A stretch of DNA of 64,000 nt. Origin: a virus (Duplodnaviria > Caudoviricetes). Made by a program: the position numbers and the translations under genes. The notes under the pieces were generated by a model that was not told the DNA's origin, ran no database searches, and saw only the letters and a program-made list of their open reading frames with translations. Location: IMG/VR virus record IMGVR_UViG_3300032293_001441, positions 1,948 through 65,947 of that record; one strand, given 5' to 3'. This document shows, piece after piece, positions 30,737 to 40,555 of this stretch (positions are counted from its first letter, which is position 1; the number at the start of each line of letters is the position of its first letter).

Positions 30737-30835
30737 TAAAACAGCCCCATATTTCTATGGGGCTGTCAGGGGTGATTGAACTCAACTTCACCCTCCACCA
30801 GTCAGCATAATGGCTGACACATATAACCTTTAACC
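30737..30835 (-). ncRNA. Candidate small structured RNA
   Basis: Own TTGACA-N16-TATATT promoter, three hairpins, U-tailed terminator, only 6-codon ORFs. Confidence 0.45.
30738..30765 (-). terminator. Intrinsic terminator
   Basis: CAGCCCCAT-agaaat-ATGGGGCTG-TTTT on the minus strand. Confidence 0.8.
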
Positions 30836-30840
30836 CGTCT

Positions 30841-30868
30841 AATATAAGTGAAGGATGTTATATGTCAA
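30841..30868 (-). promoter_or_regulatory. Sigma70-like promoter
   Basis: TTGACA (30868-30863), N16, TATATT (30846-30841). Confidence 0.6.
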
Positions 30869-30875
30869 CCTTTTT

Positions 30876-31328
30876 TTACAACAATTTGACTTTTTGTGGT
30901 TTTGCTTCCTCAAGTTTGACACGAGGAAGCGTGACCTTTAATGTGCCATGTTGGAAATACGCCTTGATCTTGGTCTTGTCAATACCTTCACCAACGCTGA
31001 ACGAGCGAGTAAAACTAGAACGCTTGATTTCCTTGTAGATATAGCGTCCTTTGGCTTCATTTACCGATTCCGGGACTTGCTTCTTACCACCCTTGATAAC
31101 AAGAGTATCGCCCTCTAATTCAACGGAAACGTCTTCCTTGCTCAATCCAGCAAGATCTGCTTCCAATTCGTATTTATCGCTGTATTCAACAACATCAACT
31201 TTTGGATAGCTAGTTTTGCTATATGTTCCGGTATAAGGAGTTATACCGAATCCGTTGAAGACATCGTCGAATAGACGATCAAATGGGGTGAGAAACTCAT
31301 CCCGTGTATATCTGCTTAGTGTACTCAT
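30876..31328 (-). CDS. hsp20: Small heat-shock protein (Hsp20 / alpha-crystallin)
   Basis: PKVDVVE...ADLAGLSKEDV...SFTRSF...GTLKVTLP; start refined to MSTLSRY. Confidence 0.95.
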   Translation of the reverse strand: MSTLSRYTRDEFLTPFDRLFDDVFNGFGITPYTGTYSKTSYPKVDVVEYSDKYELEADLAGLSKEDVSVELEGDTLVIKGGKKQVPESVNEAKGRYIYKEIKRSSFTRSFSVGEGIDKTKIKAYFQHGTLKVTLPRVKLEEAKPQKVKLL

Positions 31329-31383
31329 ATGTTTGTATCCTTTGTTTATATCGGCCCCATTATGGGCACCGACGGTACATATA

Positions 31384-31399
31384 TGCAAACTACGTACCA
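31384..31399 (-). promoter_or_regulatory. Sigma54 (-24/-12) promoter upstream of hsp20
   Basis: TGGTACGTAGTTTGCA versus consensus TGGCACG-N4-TTGCW. Confidence 0.7.
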
Positions 31400-31431
31400 A
31401 CTGTGTTGTCACACCATTTACCTATGAAGAC

Positions 31432-31466
31432 ACAAAAAGGAGCACCAAACTGGTGCTCCTTTTTGT
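31432..31466. terminator. Intrinsic terminator after the HD gene
   Basis: ACAAAAAGGAGCACCA-aac-TGGTGCTCCTTTTTGT perfect inverted repeat. Confidence 0.85.
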
Positions 31467-31488
31467 CACACGCTTGAGACTAGGTGTC

Positions 31489-32163
31489 TCAACTTTCTCG
31501 CTTCGCAACGTCATGTTCAGCATTGCACGCCATATAGTCGGCAACGTGAATAAGACGAGCAAGATTGTTCTTTAGACCCTTGTCTGGGTCATATGTCTTT
31601 AGATAAAATTCAGCCGCTTCATCATACATTCCATCAGACAACTTGATCGCCAATGTTTCTTTCCAAGTAAGCACAATACCAAACCGCTGTAGATTATATA
31701 ATGCTCTATCCGTAACTCTCCAGAACTGATTTTTTGTGTTATTCTTAAAGAGAAGTCCTTGCTTATTCATAGACCATTCGTCTGTATTGGGAATATAATA
31801 TGGTCCAGTTTCGTCTCCAAGTTTTCCCAAGTCGTGGTGAAGTGCAGCCATGACACGTTCTTCTTCTGTATAATCAATCTCTCCGCCAAGAGTTTCATAT
31901 AACTTCTGCACTCCGCGACTAGCACGTTCTACATCCATTACATGATGAAGATAACCTCCGGTATAAGCATTATGATAATGCTTTTTTCCGGATGCGGGCG
32001 CGGTCGCCAGTTGCAATCCAAGATTATTCTCGGCGTACATATTCAACAACTTTTCGAGTCTATCTCCGCTAAACTTTTCCTTCAAAAATTCAAGAAAGTA
32101 TTCGTAATTTTCTTGAACTTGATTTTCTGTCAAATCTGAACCTGTATGTAGTGTTTTATTCAT
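31489..32163 (-). CDS. HD-domain phosphohydrolase (YhaM-like)
   Basis: PAS...HNAYTGGYLHH, HHDLGK and HVAD motifs. Confidence 0.85.
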   Translation of the reverse strand: MNKTLHTGSDLTENQVQENYEYFLEFLKEKFSGDRLEKLLNMYAENNLGLQLATAPASGKKHYHNAYTGGYLHHVMDVERASRGVQKLYETLGGEIDYTEEERVMAALHHDLGKLGDETGPYYIPNTDEWSMNKQGLLFKNNTKNQFWRVTDRALYNLQRFGIVLTWKETLAIKLSDGMYDEAAEFYLKTYDPDKGLKNNLARLIHVADYMACNAEHDVAKRES

Positions 32164-32216
32164 AAATGATATGAATACAACATAGCATCTAAATTGAGAT
32201 CGTCAATTTATAATAA

Positions 32217-33914
32217 TTAAACTTCCTTGCGAATATCTCTAGAGTAATGGTATACACGATTGTGATTTACCAACGATGCCATAAGTACCGCACTACGTAA
32301 TCTTCCTTTTTTCATGACTTGAAAGGCATGCGACATCATCGTTTGTTCAAACGGAGAAGCATATACCGTTTCAAGAAATATCTTATAATTTCCCGCCTTT
32401 GTCATAACACTTGGCCAATTGCTGTAATAAACATCGCCAATCAAATAACTTACACCATCTATGCAGCCAGAATTTTTCCATTTCATTCTATGTGTACCAT
32501 CTGGGAAATATTTGTTTTTTACATTCTGTGGCACATTATGCCATGCCCATTGCTTGTGATGATCGCCAAAAAATTCACTGAATGAAATTTTTATAAAGTC
32601 CAATTTTTCTTCTTCAACGATATTGATGCACTTATCTATCCAGTTGTCTATATGCATATTCAGTCCATTTTTACATAGCACATTCTTATCCTGCATAAGC
32701 ATGTCATCTTCAAACCATATGATATATTTTGACCCACTATCGTGAAAATGTTGTGCTGCCCACTGGCGTGCTCCGCATACGCCCATATTTCCTTTACGTA
32801 TCAATTCAAATCCATACTTCTTGGCAATGTCATCAAATGCTGGTTTGGTTGTTTCATCTGTGCTATTGTCGATGATATATTTGTTGTTTATACGCAATAA
32901 TTCTGGATTATATTTTTCCATACTATCTATCAATAGTAATAGTTGCTGTGGCAAATTAAAGCAGGTGATATACAAGTTTACTCCCTTGCCTGACTTGTTC
33001 ATGGCAACTTCTTCTTCGCTTTGAAAATACTCAACATCCGCTGGCACATCTTGTTTTGGTATACTTATTTCATACTTTGGCATCGGCATTTGCTTTACTC
33101 TTTCAAAGAATGTTGAAACCAATCCATTATCTTCTATCATCTCTATATTAGTTAGTTCTGGGTGAAGATACGTAATAAGCGTAAATATACTTTCTTCTGT
33201 GCCCATGTATCCTTCATTCAACGTATTGTTTAGAAGATTATAATATATTCCATTTATCTGCGATAACACTTTCTTGTTTCCTCCAAAAAATCCACCCCGT
33301 GCAACTCGATTTACTTTTGCGTTTGCATATTTGTTCATCGCATCAATCTTAAATCCGTGTATCTCACTGGTAGTTTCGTATGGATAGCAAACAAACAAAA
33401 ACTTCTTCAACATCGGCTCTAATTTTTGAATCACATTGTCGTGACTAAAATAGCCAGGATGTACCGTCTGAGTAAGACCCGCATCTATCCAGCAATAATT
33501 TTCCGAATCAAACGGGTTGAAAATTGCGGCGTCGTTCAGCATAAACATCTTGCTCATTACGAGAGGATTATACAAATCAAGTTTTGCTTGTGTTGATTCT
33601 GCCAGCCATCCCACCTGATTGTACCAGTTGGGATCTTGACGTATTTTATTTACTTTATCATATAAACTAAACCACGTTCTAAAATCTTCAGTCTTTTTGG
33701 TACGAACGTCTGTACCAACAGATCCCTCGCGTGCTTTTAGCACAAATTGTTCATGTTCTTTATCCACGTACACTAACATCGGCGTATTTTTACATGCGCG
33801 CAATAATTTATCAAAATGTTCCAAGTATTGGCTAAATGGACGCTTGAACCCAGTGTCCAGTTCACCCCTTTTTAAATCAAATAATCCCGTTACAAGTGTT
33901 GTATTATAGTTCAT
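32217..33914 (-). CDS. HtrL/YibB (WlaTC)-like glycosyltransferase fused to a GT-A domain
   Basis: TTLVTGLFD...SKMFML...NPFDS...WIDAG...GGFFGG...EESI, then a second domain with IDNS and FEDDM. Confidence 0.75.
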   Translation of the reverse strand: MNYNTTLVTGLFDLKRGELDTGFKRPFSQYLEHFDKLLRACKNTPMLVYVDKEHEQFVLKAREGSVGTDVRTKKTEDFRTWFSLYDKVNKIRQDPNWYNQVGWLAESTQAKLDLYNPLVMSKMFMLNDAAIFNPFDSENYCWIDAGLTQTVHPGYFSHDNVIQKLEPMLKKFLFVCYPYETTSEIHGFKIDAMNKYANAKVNRVARGGFFGGNKKVLSQINGIYYNLLNNTLNEGYMGTEESIFTLITYLHPELTNIEMIEDNGLVSTFFERVKQMPMPKYEISIPKQDVPADVEYFQSEEEVAMNKSGKGVNLYITCFNLPQQLLLLIDSMEKYNPELLRINNKYIIDNSTDETTKPAFDDIAKKYGFELIRKGNMGVCGARQWAAQHFHDSGSKYIIWFEDDMLMQDKNVLCKNGLNMHIDNWIDKCINIVEEEKLDFIKISFSEFFGDHHKQWAWHNVPQNVKNKYFPDGTHRMKWKNSGCIDGVSYLIGDVYYSNWPSVMTKAGNYKIFLETVYASPFEQTMMSHAFQVMKKGRLRSAVLMASLVNHNRVYHYSRDIRKEV

Positions 33915-33915
33915 A

Positions 33916-34521
33916 TTATTCTTTTTTCATACAAACCCATGCTACATTTTCAAACTGTTCTTTCATACAAGAAACTAGTCCGAAAGAATTTATAGAATCT
34001 TGTATATCAGAATCTTGTATTTCCATCCAGTTCCATATCTTATCTCGTATATTCGTTTCAAAATATTCCGAGTTTCTTGCATAGTCGTGAGCCATAATAA
34101 TGTCTCCCCGTTTCAAAAATCTGGATAATAACTTAAATTCGTTTTTTTTACTACCACCATCACATAGTACAATAGTAGTTCCGCTCGATTCTATGTATTT
34201 TTTTATTTTTTCTGGGTCTAACAATGCGTCGTATGCGTTATTAAATAGAGACTCGGTATATTTGTTTATTTTTTTTCCATCATTTATATGATGAGAAAGA
34301 AATCCATAATCATGTATGTCGTAAGTATCAATCGTTGTATTATATAACCCAACCTGATCTAGAATGTCTCTCAACAGTAAAGTTAGTCCACCGTGGAACG
34401 TTCCAATTTCCAAAACTCTTGTCGGTGAAGTTTTTTCAAATAATTCTATGAATGGTAGGTGTACATCCGATCTCTGAGATGTTGCCAATCCTTTATAAAT
34501 AAAATGTCCATCGATGCTCAT
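33916..34521 (-). CDS. Class I SAM-dependent methyltransferase (CmcI / Methyltransf_24-like)
   Basis: VLEIGTFHGG, CDGG and GDIIMAHD motifs. Confidence 0.8.
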   Translation of the reverse strand: MSIDGHFIYKGLATSQRSDVHLPFIELFEKTSPTRVLEIGTFHGGLTLLLRDILDQVGLYNTTIDTYDIHDYGFLSHHINDGKKINKYTESLFNNAYDALLDPEKIKKYIESSGTTIVLCDGGSKKNEFKLLSRFLKRGDIIMAHDYARNSEYFETNIRDKIWNWMEIQDSDIQDSINSFGLVSCMKEQFENVAWVCMKKE

Positions 34522-35258
34522 ATAGTGTTTATTAAGTTTAAAGAAAAACTCGAGTTATCATGTATTAGATAAGGCTCGGTGTCAAATTTAGTAATTATTT
34601 TATTTTTTATTTTTTTATAATATGTTTCATCCAAAAATCCAGTCGAAAAAAAATACTCACATGTGTGGTCTTTTATTAATTTATTTACGTACAAGTCGTA
34701 GTATTGCCAGACGCCTTGATCGTCCCAAAAATCAATTTCTTTTGTTAAACATATATTTTCCAATTCATCTAAAATAGATACCAATGTAGACGTTTTTGAA
34801 ACAAAAGCGCCAGAATTTAGGTATTTAAAATCTATGTTTTCTAATTTATTTTTTTTAATATCCCAAGATTCTACGGTCTCTAAATAAGGCCAACAGTTTT
34901 TTTCGGTGGAAATAATAAAATCGGTGTTATTGTCAATCAATCGTTCCATCATATTGCGATAACTTCTGCAAAATTTTGTATCGCTATAATCAATGTGACA
35001 TATATATTCATATTTTCCTATTAAATTATTTTTTATAAATTTATTAATAAGAAAGATTTTGCTGTATACAAGATCTTTTCTTTTACTAAGACCTATATTT
35101 GGAATAATTTTAGTATTACTTGGTGATATATCCCTTGAGAAATTTACAAATATATCTTCGCTGGAACAGTCTGCGTTAAATTTTATTTTCAATTCCTCTT
35201 TCGTGGGTTCTCTACCCCCTTCGGAATAATATGTAGTCACTAAACAACTTGGTTTCAT
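34518..35258 (-). CDS. PLOD/LH3-type glycosyltransferase domain protein
   Basis: DYSD, STEKNCWP, YLNSG, DDQ and IHDN motifs. Confidence 0.7.
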   Translation of the reverse strand: MKPSCLVTTYYSEGGREPTKEELKIKFNADCSSEDIFVNFSRDISPSNTKIIPNIGLSKRKDLVYSKIFLINKFIKNNLIGKYEYICHIDYSDTKFCRSYRNMMERLIDNNTDFIISTEKNCWPYLETVESWDIKKNKLENIDFKYLNSGAFVSKTSTLVSILDELENICLTKEIDFWDDQGVWQYYDLYVNKLIKDHTCEYFFSTGFLDETYYKKIKNKIITKFDTEPYLIHDNSSFSLNLINTI

Positions 35259-35959
35259 TTTAATAATTCAAATTTTTCTATAAATTTTGGACTACCGTAA
35301 TTCCAACCGTTGTCGTGAACAAACATGGGAAAATTACTTTTTGAGAACCCATCATAACTTCTAGAATATGTGCACAAAAATAATTCATTATTTTTGTCCA
35401 ATATAATTTTTGGGCCATGGTTTGATAGGTAGTGATATGTATACACCCCCTGATCTCCACCAAAAGTTTTCAAGTTAAGAGGTAGTATATTTTTTATAAT
35501 AGATTTGAACAATGATATGTACCAATCCCTTTTGCCTACCGACAATCCTCCATTTAAATAATGTCGCATTTTATTGTCGTTCTCGGAATAATTTACGGTC
35601 CAATCTGGACAATTCCACGGATATCTGTGGGCTTCCGAGGAAAATAAAATATTATCTGGTGAATTTATGTCGTTTATATTTCCTAAACAAACCACGTCAT
35701 TTGTATCTGATATAACATAATAATCGTCGTCTAGAAACTTGAACTTATCCAAAGATAAAAATATTCTATATAAAATAAATTCATATTGGTAGTCAAATCT
35801 CCGATGAAATTCTTCTTCCAGTGTTTTAAAATTATTTCTATTAAAATGAATGTTTATAAAATTCTCGGGGGAATTATTTTTTATAAACGATTTGTATAAT
35901 GAACTGTTTGATAGATCTATACGATCTTCGTATGACCAAGTTATACTTAATATTTTCAT
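35255..35959 (-). CDS. PLOD/LH3-type glycosyltransferase domain protein (paralog)
   Basis: DTNDV, FSSEAHRYP, YLNGG, GDQ and VHDNG motifs. Confidence 0.7.
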   Translation of the reverse strand: MKILSITWSYEDRIDLSNSSLYKSFIKNNSPENFINIHFNRNNFKTLEEEFHRRFDYQYEFILYRIFLSLDKFKFLDDDYYVISDTNDVVCLGNINDINSPDNILFSSEAHRYPWNCPDWTVNYSENDNKMRHYLNGGLSVGKRDWYISLFKSIIKNILPLNLKTFGGDQGVYTYHYLSNHGPKIILDKNNELFLCTYSRSYDGFSKSNFPMFVHDNGWNYGSPKFIEKFELLK

Positions 35960-36666
35960 GTATTATATTTTTCCGGGTGATGGCCGCATATCCAATTTTC
36001 CAAATTAGTTTCTACTCTAGTCAAATCGGAATAAGAATTATATTGTGTACTAAATGAATATTTATAGCACAAACTTTTAAATACCGTGGGAAATTTATTC
36101 AACGGTTGATCTTCTTTATAAAAATTTTCTGGATTTTTTGCCATCTGTTCTCCGTACATAAATAAACAAAGCAACTCGTCCGGATAATGTGTCGAGTATG
36201 TATTATCAAATTTTTCTATTAAAGTCTTACACAATTCTTTTTTGATCAAATAAGATTGTGCATAACTTGTTGACGAAGTTTGGTAGCAATTATTTTTATA
36301 ATATATTGGTTGTCTTCTATTGACACATCCAAGCCAAAACAAATCCCAATCCGTCGAATGAATGTCTTGAAATATTTGCACTCTATCTTTGAATAGTGGC
36401 TCCAAAAATTTACAATCATCTTCCAACACTAATAGAGTTTCTGCGGAAGAATTTAAAAATTTTTTATAAATTTCGAACGTGCTTCTCAACAAATTTACCT
36501 GCGGAGTACCGGTGTCTTCGTTTGCTTTGTGCCTAATTACGCCGTTGATTGAAAATTCTCTTAAATTTGATAGAATTTTTTCATTTCTATCGGTACGTCT
36601 ATCCAAATTTATATAGAACCCGATATCGGCGATTTTTGTAGTATCTCCAATACTTATTCCACTCAT
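35956..36666 (-). CDS. Glycosyltransferase family 25-like
   Basis: YINLDRRTDR, LVLEDD, WDLFWLG and QYNSYSDL motifs. Confidence 0.85.
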   Translation of the reverse strand: MSGISIGDTTKIADIGFYINLDRRTDRNEKILSNLREFSINGVIRHKANEDTGTPQVNLLRSTFEIYKKFLNSSAETLLVLEDDCKFLEPLFKDRVQIFQDIHSTDWDLFWLGCVNRRQPIYYKNNCYQTSSTSYAQSYLIKKELCKTLIEKFDNTYSTHYPDELLCLFMYGEQMAKNPENFYKEDQPLNKFPTVFKSLCYKYSFSTQYNSYSDLTRVETNLENWICGHHPEKYNT

Positions 36667-37967
36667 AAATTTCCAGTGATTCTTTCTCCCCAGCCTTTAG
36701 ATACACTATGTGGCCACACGACCCAGTGGTGTGGTTTTTCGGCAGTATTAAATGTTCTCCAAAGTTTTATGTATTTATCTCCACTCGGATCTTTTGCTTC
36801 GCCTAATAGTCGCTTAATTTCGTTAATATCCGCATCCTGTCTATATATCAAAGAATTATCTTCACGCTCGAATGCAACACACCAAAAATTATAATCGTCG
36901 AGTCTAAAATTGTTAGTCTGAAGATCTATACAGTGTTTAAATATTTGTAGAAATGAATCTTCCCATTCTTTCTCAGTCTTGTATTTGTGATATTTGTTGG
37001 GAGGATATGCTTTGTCTATTGTTTCCTGTTGAACTGCACGTTTTCCGAAATGAAGCCCTGCGTATTTTTCGTAATCTTTTAGAGTTCTTACTTTTCCAAA
37101 TCCATATGGCCCCCATTTTATGATATCGTGTTTTTCTCCGTCCATAGAAAATAGTATACGATTCCTGCGATGGCACAAATGATTCCGCTCCCCCCAGTCC
37201 TTCTTATCTGGTATTTTATTGGTACTACTCGACCCATGATCGTCCCAATGCTTGGTTCTCCCCTTGCGAGTATATTCGTGCCAAGCAACTAACCGATGTG
37301 GATGGAACAAATCGTACCCCCAAGTAAATGCTCGAACCGCGATACTTATTTCTTCCCCGTGGAAATAATATTCTGGGTCATGTGGCACTTCTTTACAGAA
37401 TTTTCCGGTAGTAAATGCAAAATGTGCAGAATAAAATCTTGCAGGAACGGGGGCAGACAATTCTCTCCAATTATCGATAGATGCAGGTAAAAAGAATACA
37501 GCACCTTCTGGAATAAATCTGTCGAAATCCATTCTCCAAGGAGTTTGCACTCTTGCTTCTGGATCTTTATCTGGATCAAATGATGGAATATAACCAGTAA
37601 GCAATGGCTTCTTGTGTCCCATTTTTTGAAGTTGCTTATACATTCCAATTATTACGTCGTCCCAATCTTTTACGAATCTGTGGTGTGAATCTAATTGCAA
37701 TGTATATTCTTCACCATCATATCGCTGCTGTATTTGATTGCGTGCCCAACACGCACCTTTGCTTTCCATGTGAGGAATATCAATAATTTTTACGTTTTTT
37801 AACTTTTTAAGTTCATCGATATTTTCATCCGGCGCGTGCTGCCAAGCAATACAAAACACGAGATTTTCCGGATGCTTCGCATTTGCTATGCAGTCCTTTA
37901 TTGTGGGAACTAATTGAGGGTCGCGATATGCGGCAATTTGTATGAAGATTTTTCCTTTGGAACTCAT
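36663..37967 (-). CDS. GT60-like polypeptide/hydroxyproline N-acetylglucosaminyltransferase (Skp1 GlcNAc-T family)
   Basis: IFIQIAAYRDP, SKGACWAR, LQLDSHHRF..WD, EVPHDP..FHGEE..RAFTWGYD and G.VRTL.DYE motifs. Confidence 0.85.
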   Translation of the reverse strand: MSSKGKIFIQIAAYRDPQLVPTIKDCIANAKHPENLVFCIAWQHAPDENIDELKKLKNVKIIDIPHMESKGACWARNQIQQRYDGEEYTLQLDSHHRFVKDWDDVIIGMYKQLQKMGHKKPLLTGYIPSFDPDKDPEARVQTPWRMDFDRFIPEGAVFFLPASIDNWRELSAPVPARFYSAHFAFTTGKFCKEVPHDPEYYFHGEEISIAVRAFTWGYDLFHPHRLVAWHEYTRKGRTKHWDDHGSSSTNKIPDKKDWGERNHLCHRRNRILFSMDGEKHDIIKWGPYGFGKVRTLKDYEKYAGLHFGKRAVQQETIDKAYPPNKYHKYKTEKEWEDSFLQIFKHCIDLQTNNFRLDDYNFWCVAFEREDNSLIYRQDADINEIKRLLGEAKDPSGDKYIKLWRTFNTAEKPHHWVVWPHSVSKGWGERITGNL

Positions 37968-38018
37968 ATAACATTTAATTTACTATATTCTTGTATATAT
38001 ACAAGTTATAAATAGTAA

Positions 38019-39224
38019 TTATCCACTACATGACGTATTTAATAGTCCGCCTCCAGAAAATACTTCTGTACCACAACCAATAACAATTTGAGTATTATAA
38101 AATTCCGGACCGGTCGTTCCACTCTGTGTTATTGTATTTCCTGCCGAATTTTTATAAGTAACACTCCAATTTCCTACACTGTTCACATTTGCATATACCA
38201 CTTTCAATGGTATGAAATATGCAGTTGCGGATCTATTATCCGTCATATAAATATTTGTATTTGCCGATGTAGTTGATCCATCGGAGGGATTGGATATTCC
38301 TCCAAAAACCCAATAACTAAATACATTATTCGCACTCGGTGTCGCAGTAAGATTTACATTAGTCCCATAAGGATATGTATTTGATGTCGGAGAAACTGTA
38401 CCGGATCCGTTTGTAGAAGTTAATAACGTCTTTGTTTGTATAGAAAAACTCGATGTCAACTTACAGTCGTTAATTGGCATTGTAAATTCGCCTTTACCAA
38501 AAATTCCCTCTAAATATTCCGTAGAACTATAAGTAAATCCCGGAATTGATACAGCATTAAATCCTGTGAAATTGTTTCCAGTGTTTGGTTCAGCGTATAT
38601 TGTGACGGATGTTCCAGATTTTATATTGGAAATTCCTTCGGAATATGGTATTGTAATGCCATCCCCATCAATTTTTATTTTAAGTTCGAATGTATTTTTT
38701 GTTGGAGTAACCGTAACAGTTGGTGATGGCGAAGGAGTATTCGTTGGAGTCGGAGTTGGAGTTGAAGTTTCCGTAGGAGTTGCCGTAGGAGTTTGATACA
38801 TCGAAGGCGTCGGAGACGGAGTCTCGGTAGGAGACGATGTTACAGTCGGAGTATTAGTTTGTGTCGGCGTAATAGTAGGTGTTATCGTCGGTGTAAGTGT
38901 TGGTGTCGGTGTTGGTGTTCTGGTATATGAATCTCTTCCGCTCTTCGTTGGTGTGGGTGACGGAGTTCTGGTAGGGGTCAACGAAGTCGATGGTCCCACA
39001 TTTCTGGTCACAATTGGGGTTCTTGTAGGAGTTATCGATGGCGTGATAGTATTTGTCGGAGATGGTGATGGTGGGATAATTGCTTTCCACCCGTGATTTA
39101 ACGTGTCAACATGAGAACCGGTCTTAATGTATAATAACCCTTCATCGGTCTCGTTAGTTTCTCCGATTAACCCAAATACTTTTCCATTTGGATTTCCGTG
39201 ACTGGGTACATGACTAGAAAACAT
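38019..39224 (-). CDS. Mucin-like Thr/Pro-rich protein with shared N-terminal module and InlB-B-repeat-like domains
   Basis: N-module NP..VFG...TDEG.LYIK...GW, about 125 aa of TPTP repeats, then two V.[IL].A.P...F..[WF] repeats. Confidence 0.8.
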   Translation of the reverse strand: MFSSHVPSHGNPNGKVFGLIGETNETDEGLLYIKTGSHVDTLNHGWKAIIPPSPSPTNTITPSITPTRTPIVTRNVGPSTSLTPTRTPSPTPTKSGRDSYTRTPTPTPTLTPTITPTITPTQTNTPTVTSSPTETPSPTPSMYQTPTATPTETSTPTPTPTNTPSPSPTVTVTPTKNTFELKIKIDGDGITIPYSEGISNIKSGTSVTIYAEPNTGNNFTGFNAVSIPGFTYSSTEYLEGIFGKGEFTMPINDCKLTSSFSIQTKTLLTSTNGSGTVSPTSNTYPYGTNVNLTATPSANNVFSYWVFGGISNPSDGSTTSANTNIYMTDNRSATAYFIPLKVVYANVNSVGNWSVTYKNSAGNTITQSGTTGPEFYNTQIVIGCGTEVFSGGGLLNTSCSG

Positions 39225-39237
39225 AACATTTAATTTT

Positions 39238-40473
39238 TTATACTCTTATATATCCTTCAAAACTAAACGTACACGGCGCTTCGGTGAGACTCCCACTGTA
39301 TGCCACATATAATGACCTATCCACATGCCCCGCGCCTAGTGCCAACAATCCGAGAGGATTGACGCCGTATGATGCGCTTGTAAATGGTACTCTATTGTCC
39401 CACCAAGAACCAGTTCCGCTGGCAGATATTGGAGACATGGACGCGGAACTTCCTATTGAAATAAGGGGCTTGAAATTTGATTCAACTACACAAGACGTTA
39501 AGAAATATTTTTCGGGAAGAACATTTCTTTTTTCTCCATTTCCCAAATAACAAGAACTTGTTGTATAAAAATTTAATATAAATTTCTTTGTTGGATTTGT
39601 CGCTCTAGCGCCCTCGGTGGGTAAAAGTAAGTGACGATTTCCTTTTGAATCCAACCACTGAGTTGGACCAGCGAATAAATTTTCTGGAGTATATGATGCG
39701 ATTAAATTTGCGTGCGAGTAATTAGATCCACCGAAAAACAACTGCGCAGATCCAGTTGCAGTCAACGCAGCATTAAATACTTGCGCTTCGTATATTGTGC
39801 ATTCAAGATTTGTTTCAGTCGCCTGCCCATTTCCCATTACGATGTGTGAACTGTTTATGGTGGTTGGTCCACCGCTAGAACTTGCAATATATTCTCCGTT
39901 AACTATCAGTTTAACATCTCCGCTTGAGTTTTTTGTCAGGCACGCTCCAAACACTCGATCTTTATTATTGATGAAAAAGTTTGTTACGACTGCTTGGCTA
40001 GTACTCGTTCCATCTGACACATATCCAACTAAATCGTCATTAACGACCGCAATGTATGCGGAATTCGCAGATTCTCCGACGGAAGCGTATGAAGTTCCTG
40101 CGCCAAATAATACACGATGTATTGCCGAAGCATCTACCGGTCTTGTAGATGGAACAAATCCTCTCACAAATATGCTAAAATTTGATCCAAGTACTGGAAA
40201 TGGAGTGTAGCAATATAAATTTTTATCTCCATTGGGGGTTGTTGCGGAACTAAAATACAATCCATTGGAAGTTTGACCAGATTGATACGGCGTTTGTAGA
40301 TCTAATATTCCACTCGACAGCATCCAACCGGCAAAATCCTGTGCAGTAATAGCCTTGGTTTCTCCCGTCGGGGCTATTGTCAACTCACTAACATCTACAA
40401 TAGGAATAAGATCTCCCGCCGCCGCTTCGTTGGATAAAAGTCGCCTTAATTCGGTTGTTTTCTGGTTTGCCAT
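39238..40473 (-). CDS. Tail-fibre-like protein with LamG/ConA domain
   Basis: MANQKTTEL...DLIPIVD...TKAIT N-terminus typical of fibre proteins; IYEAQVFNAAL LamG end. Confidence 0.65.
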   Translation of the reverse strand: MANQKTTELRRLLSNEAAAGDLIPIVDVSELTIAPTGETKAITAQDFAGWMLSSGILDLQTPYQSGQTSNGLYFSSATTPNGDKNLYCYTPFPVLGSNFSIFVRGFVPSTRPVDASAIHRVLFGAGTSYASVGESANSAYIAVVNDDLVGYVSDGTSTSQAVVTNFFINNKDRVFGACLTKNSSGDVKLIVNGEYIASSSGGPTTINSSHIVMGNGQATETNLECTIYEAQVFNAALTATGSAQLFFGGSNYSHANLIASYTPENLFAGPTQWLDSKGNRHLLLPTEGARATNPTKKFILNFYTTSSCYLGNGEKRNVLPEKYFLTSCVVESNFKPLISIGSSASMSPISASGTGSWWDNRVPFTSASYGVNPLGLLALGAGHVDRSLYVAYSGSLTEAPCTFSFEGYIRV

Positions 40474-40555
40474 AATAAAATTATCTTTTGATTATAAATA
40501 TCAGGCAGCATATGAAAATATATGCCATTTTATAATTTATACTTTACTTATTATA

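Noticed and set aside
31328-31470. CIRCE operator or ROSE thermometer upstream of hsp20
   Set aside because: No TTAGCACTC-N9-GAGTGCTAA is present, and the leader hairpin does not cover the AAGGA ribosome-binding site.
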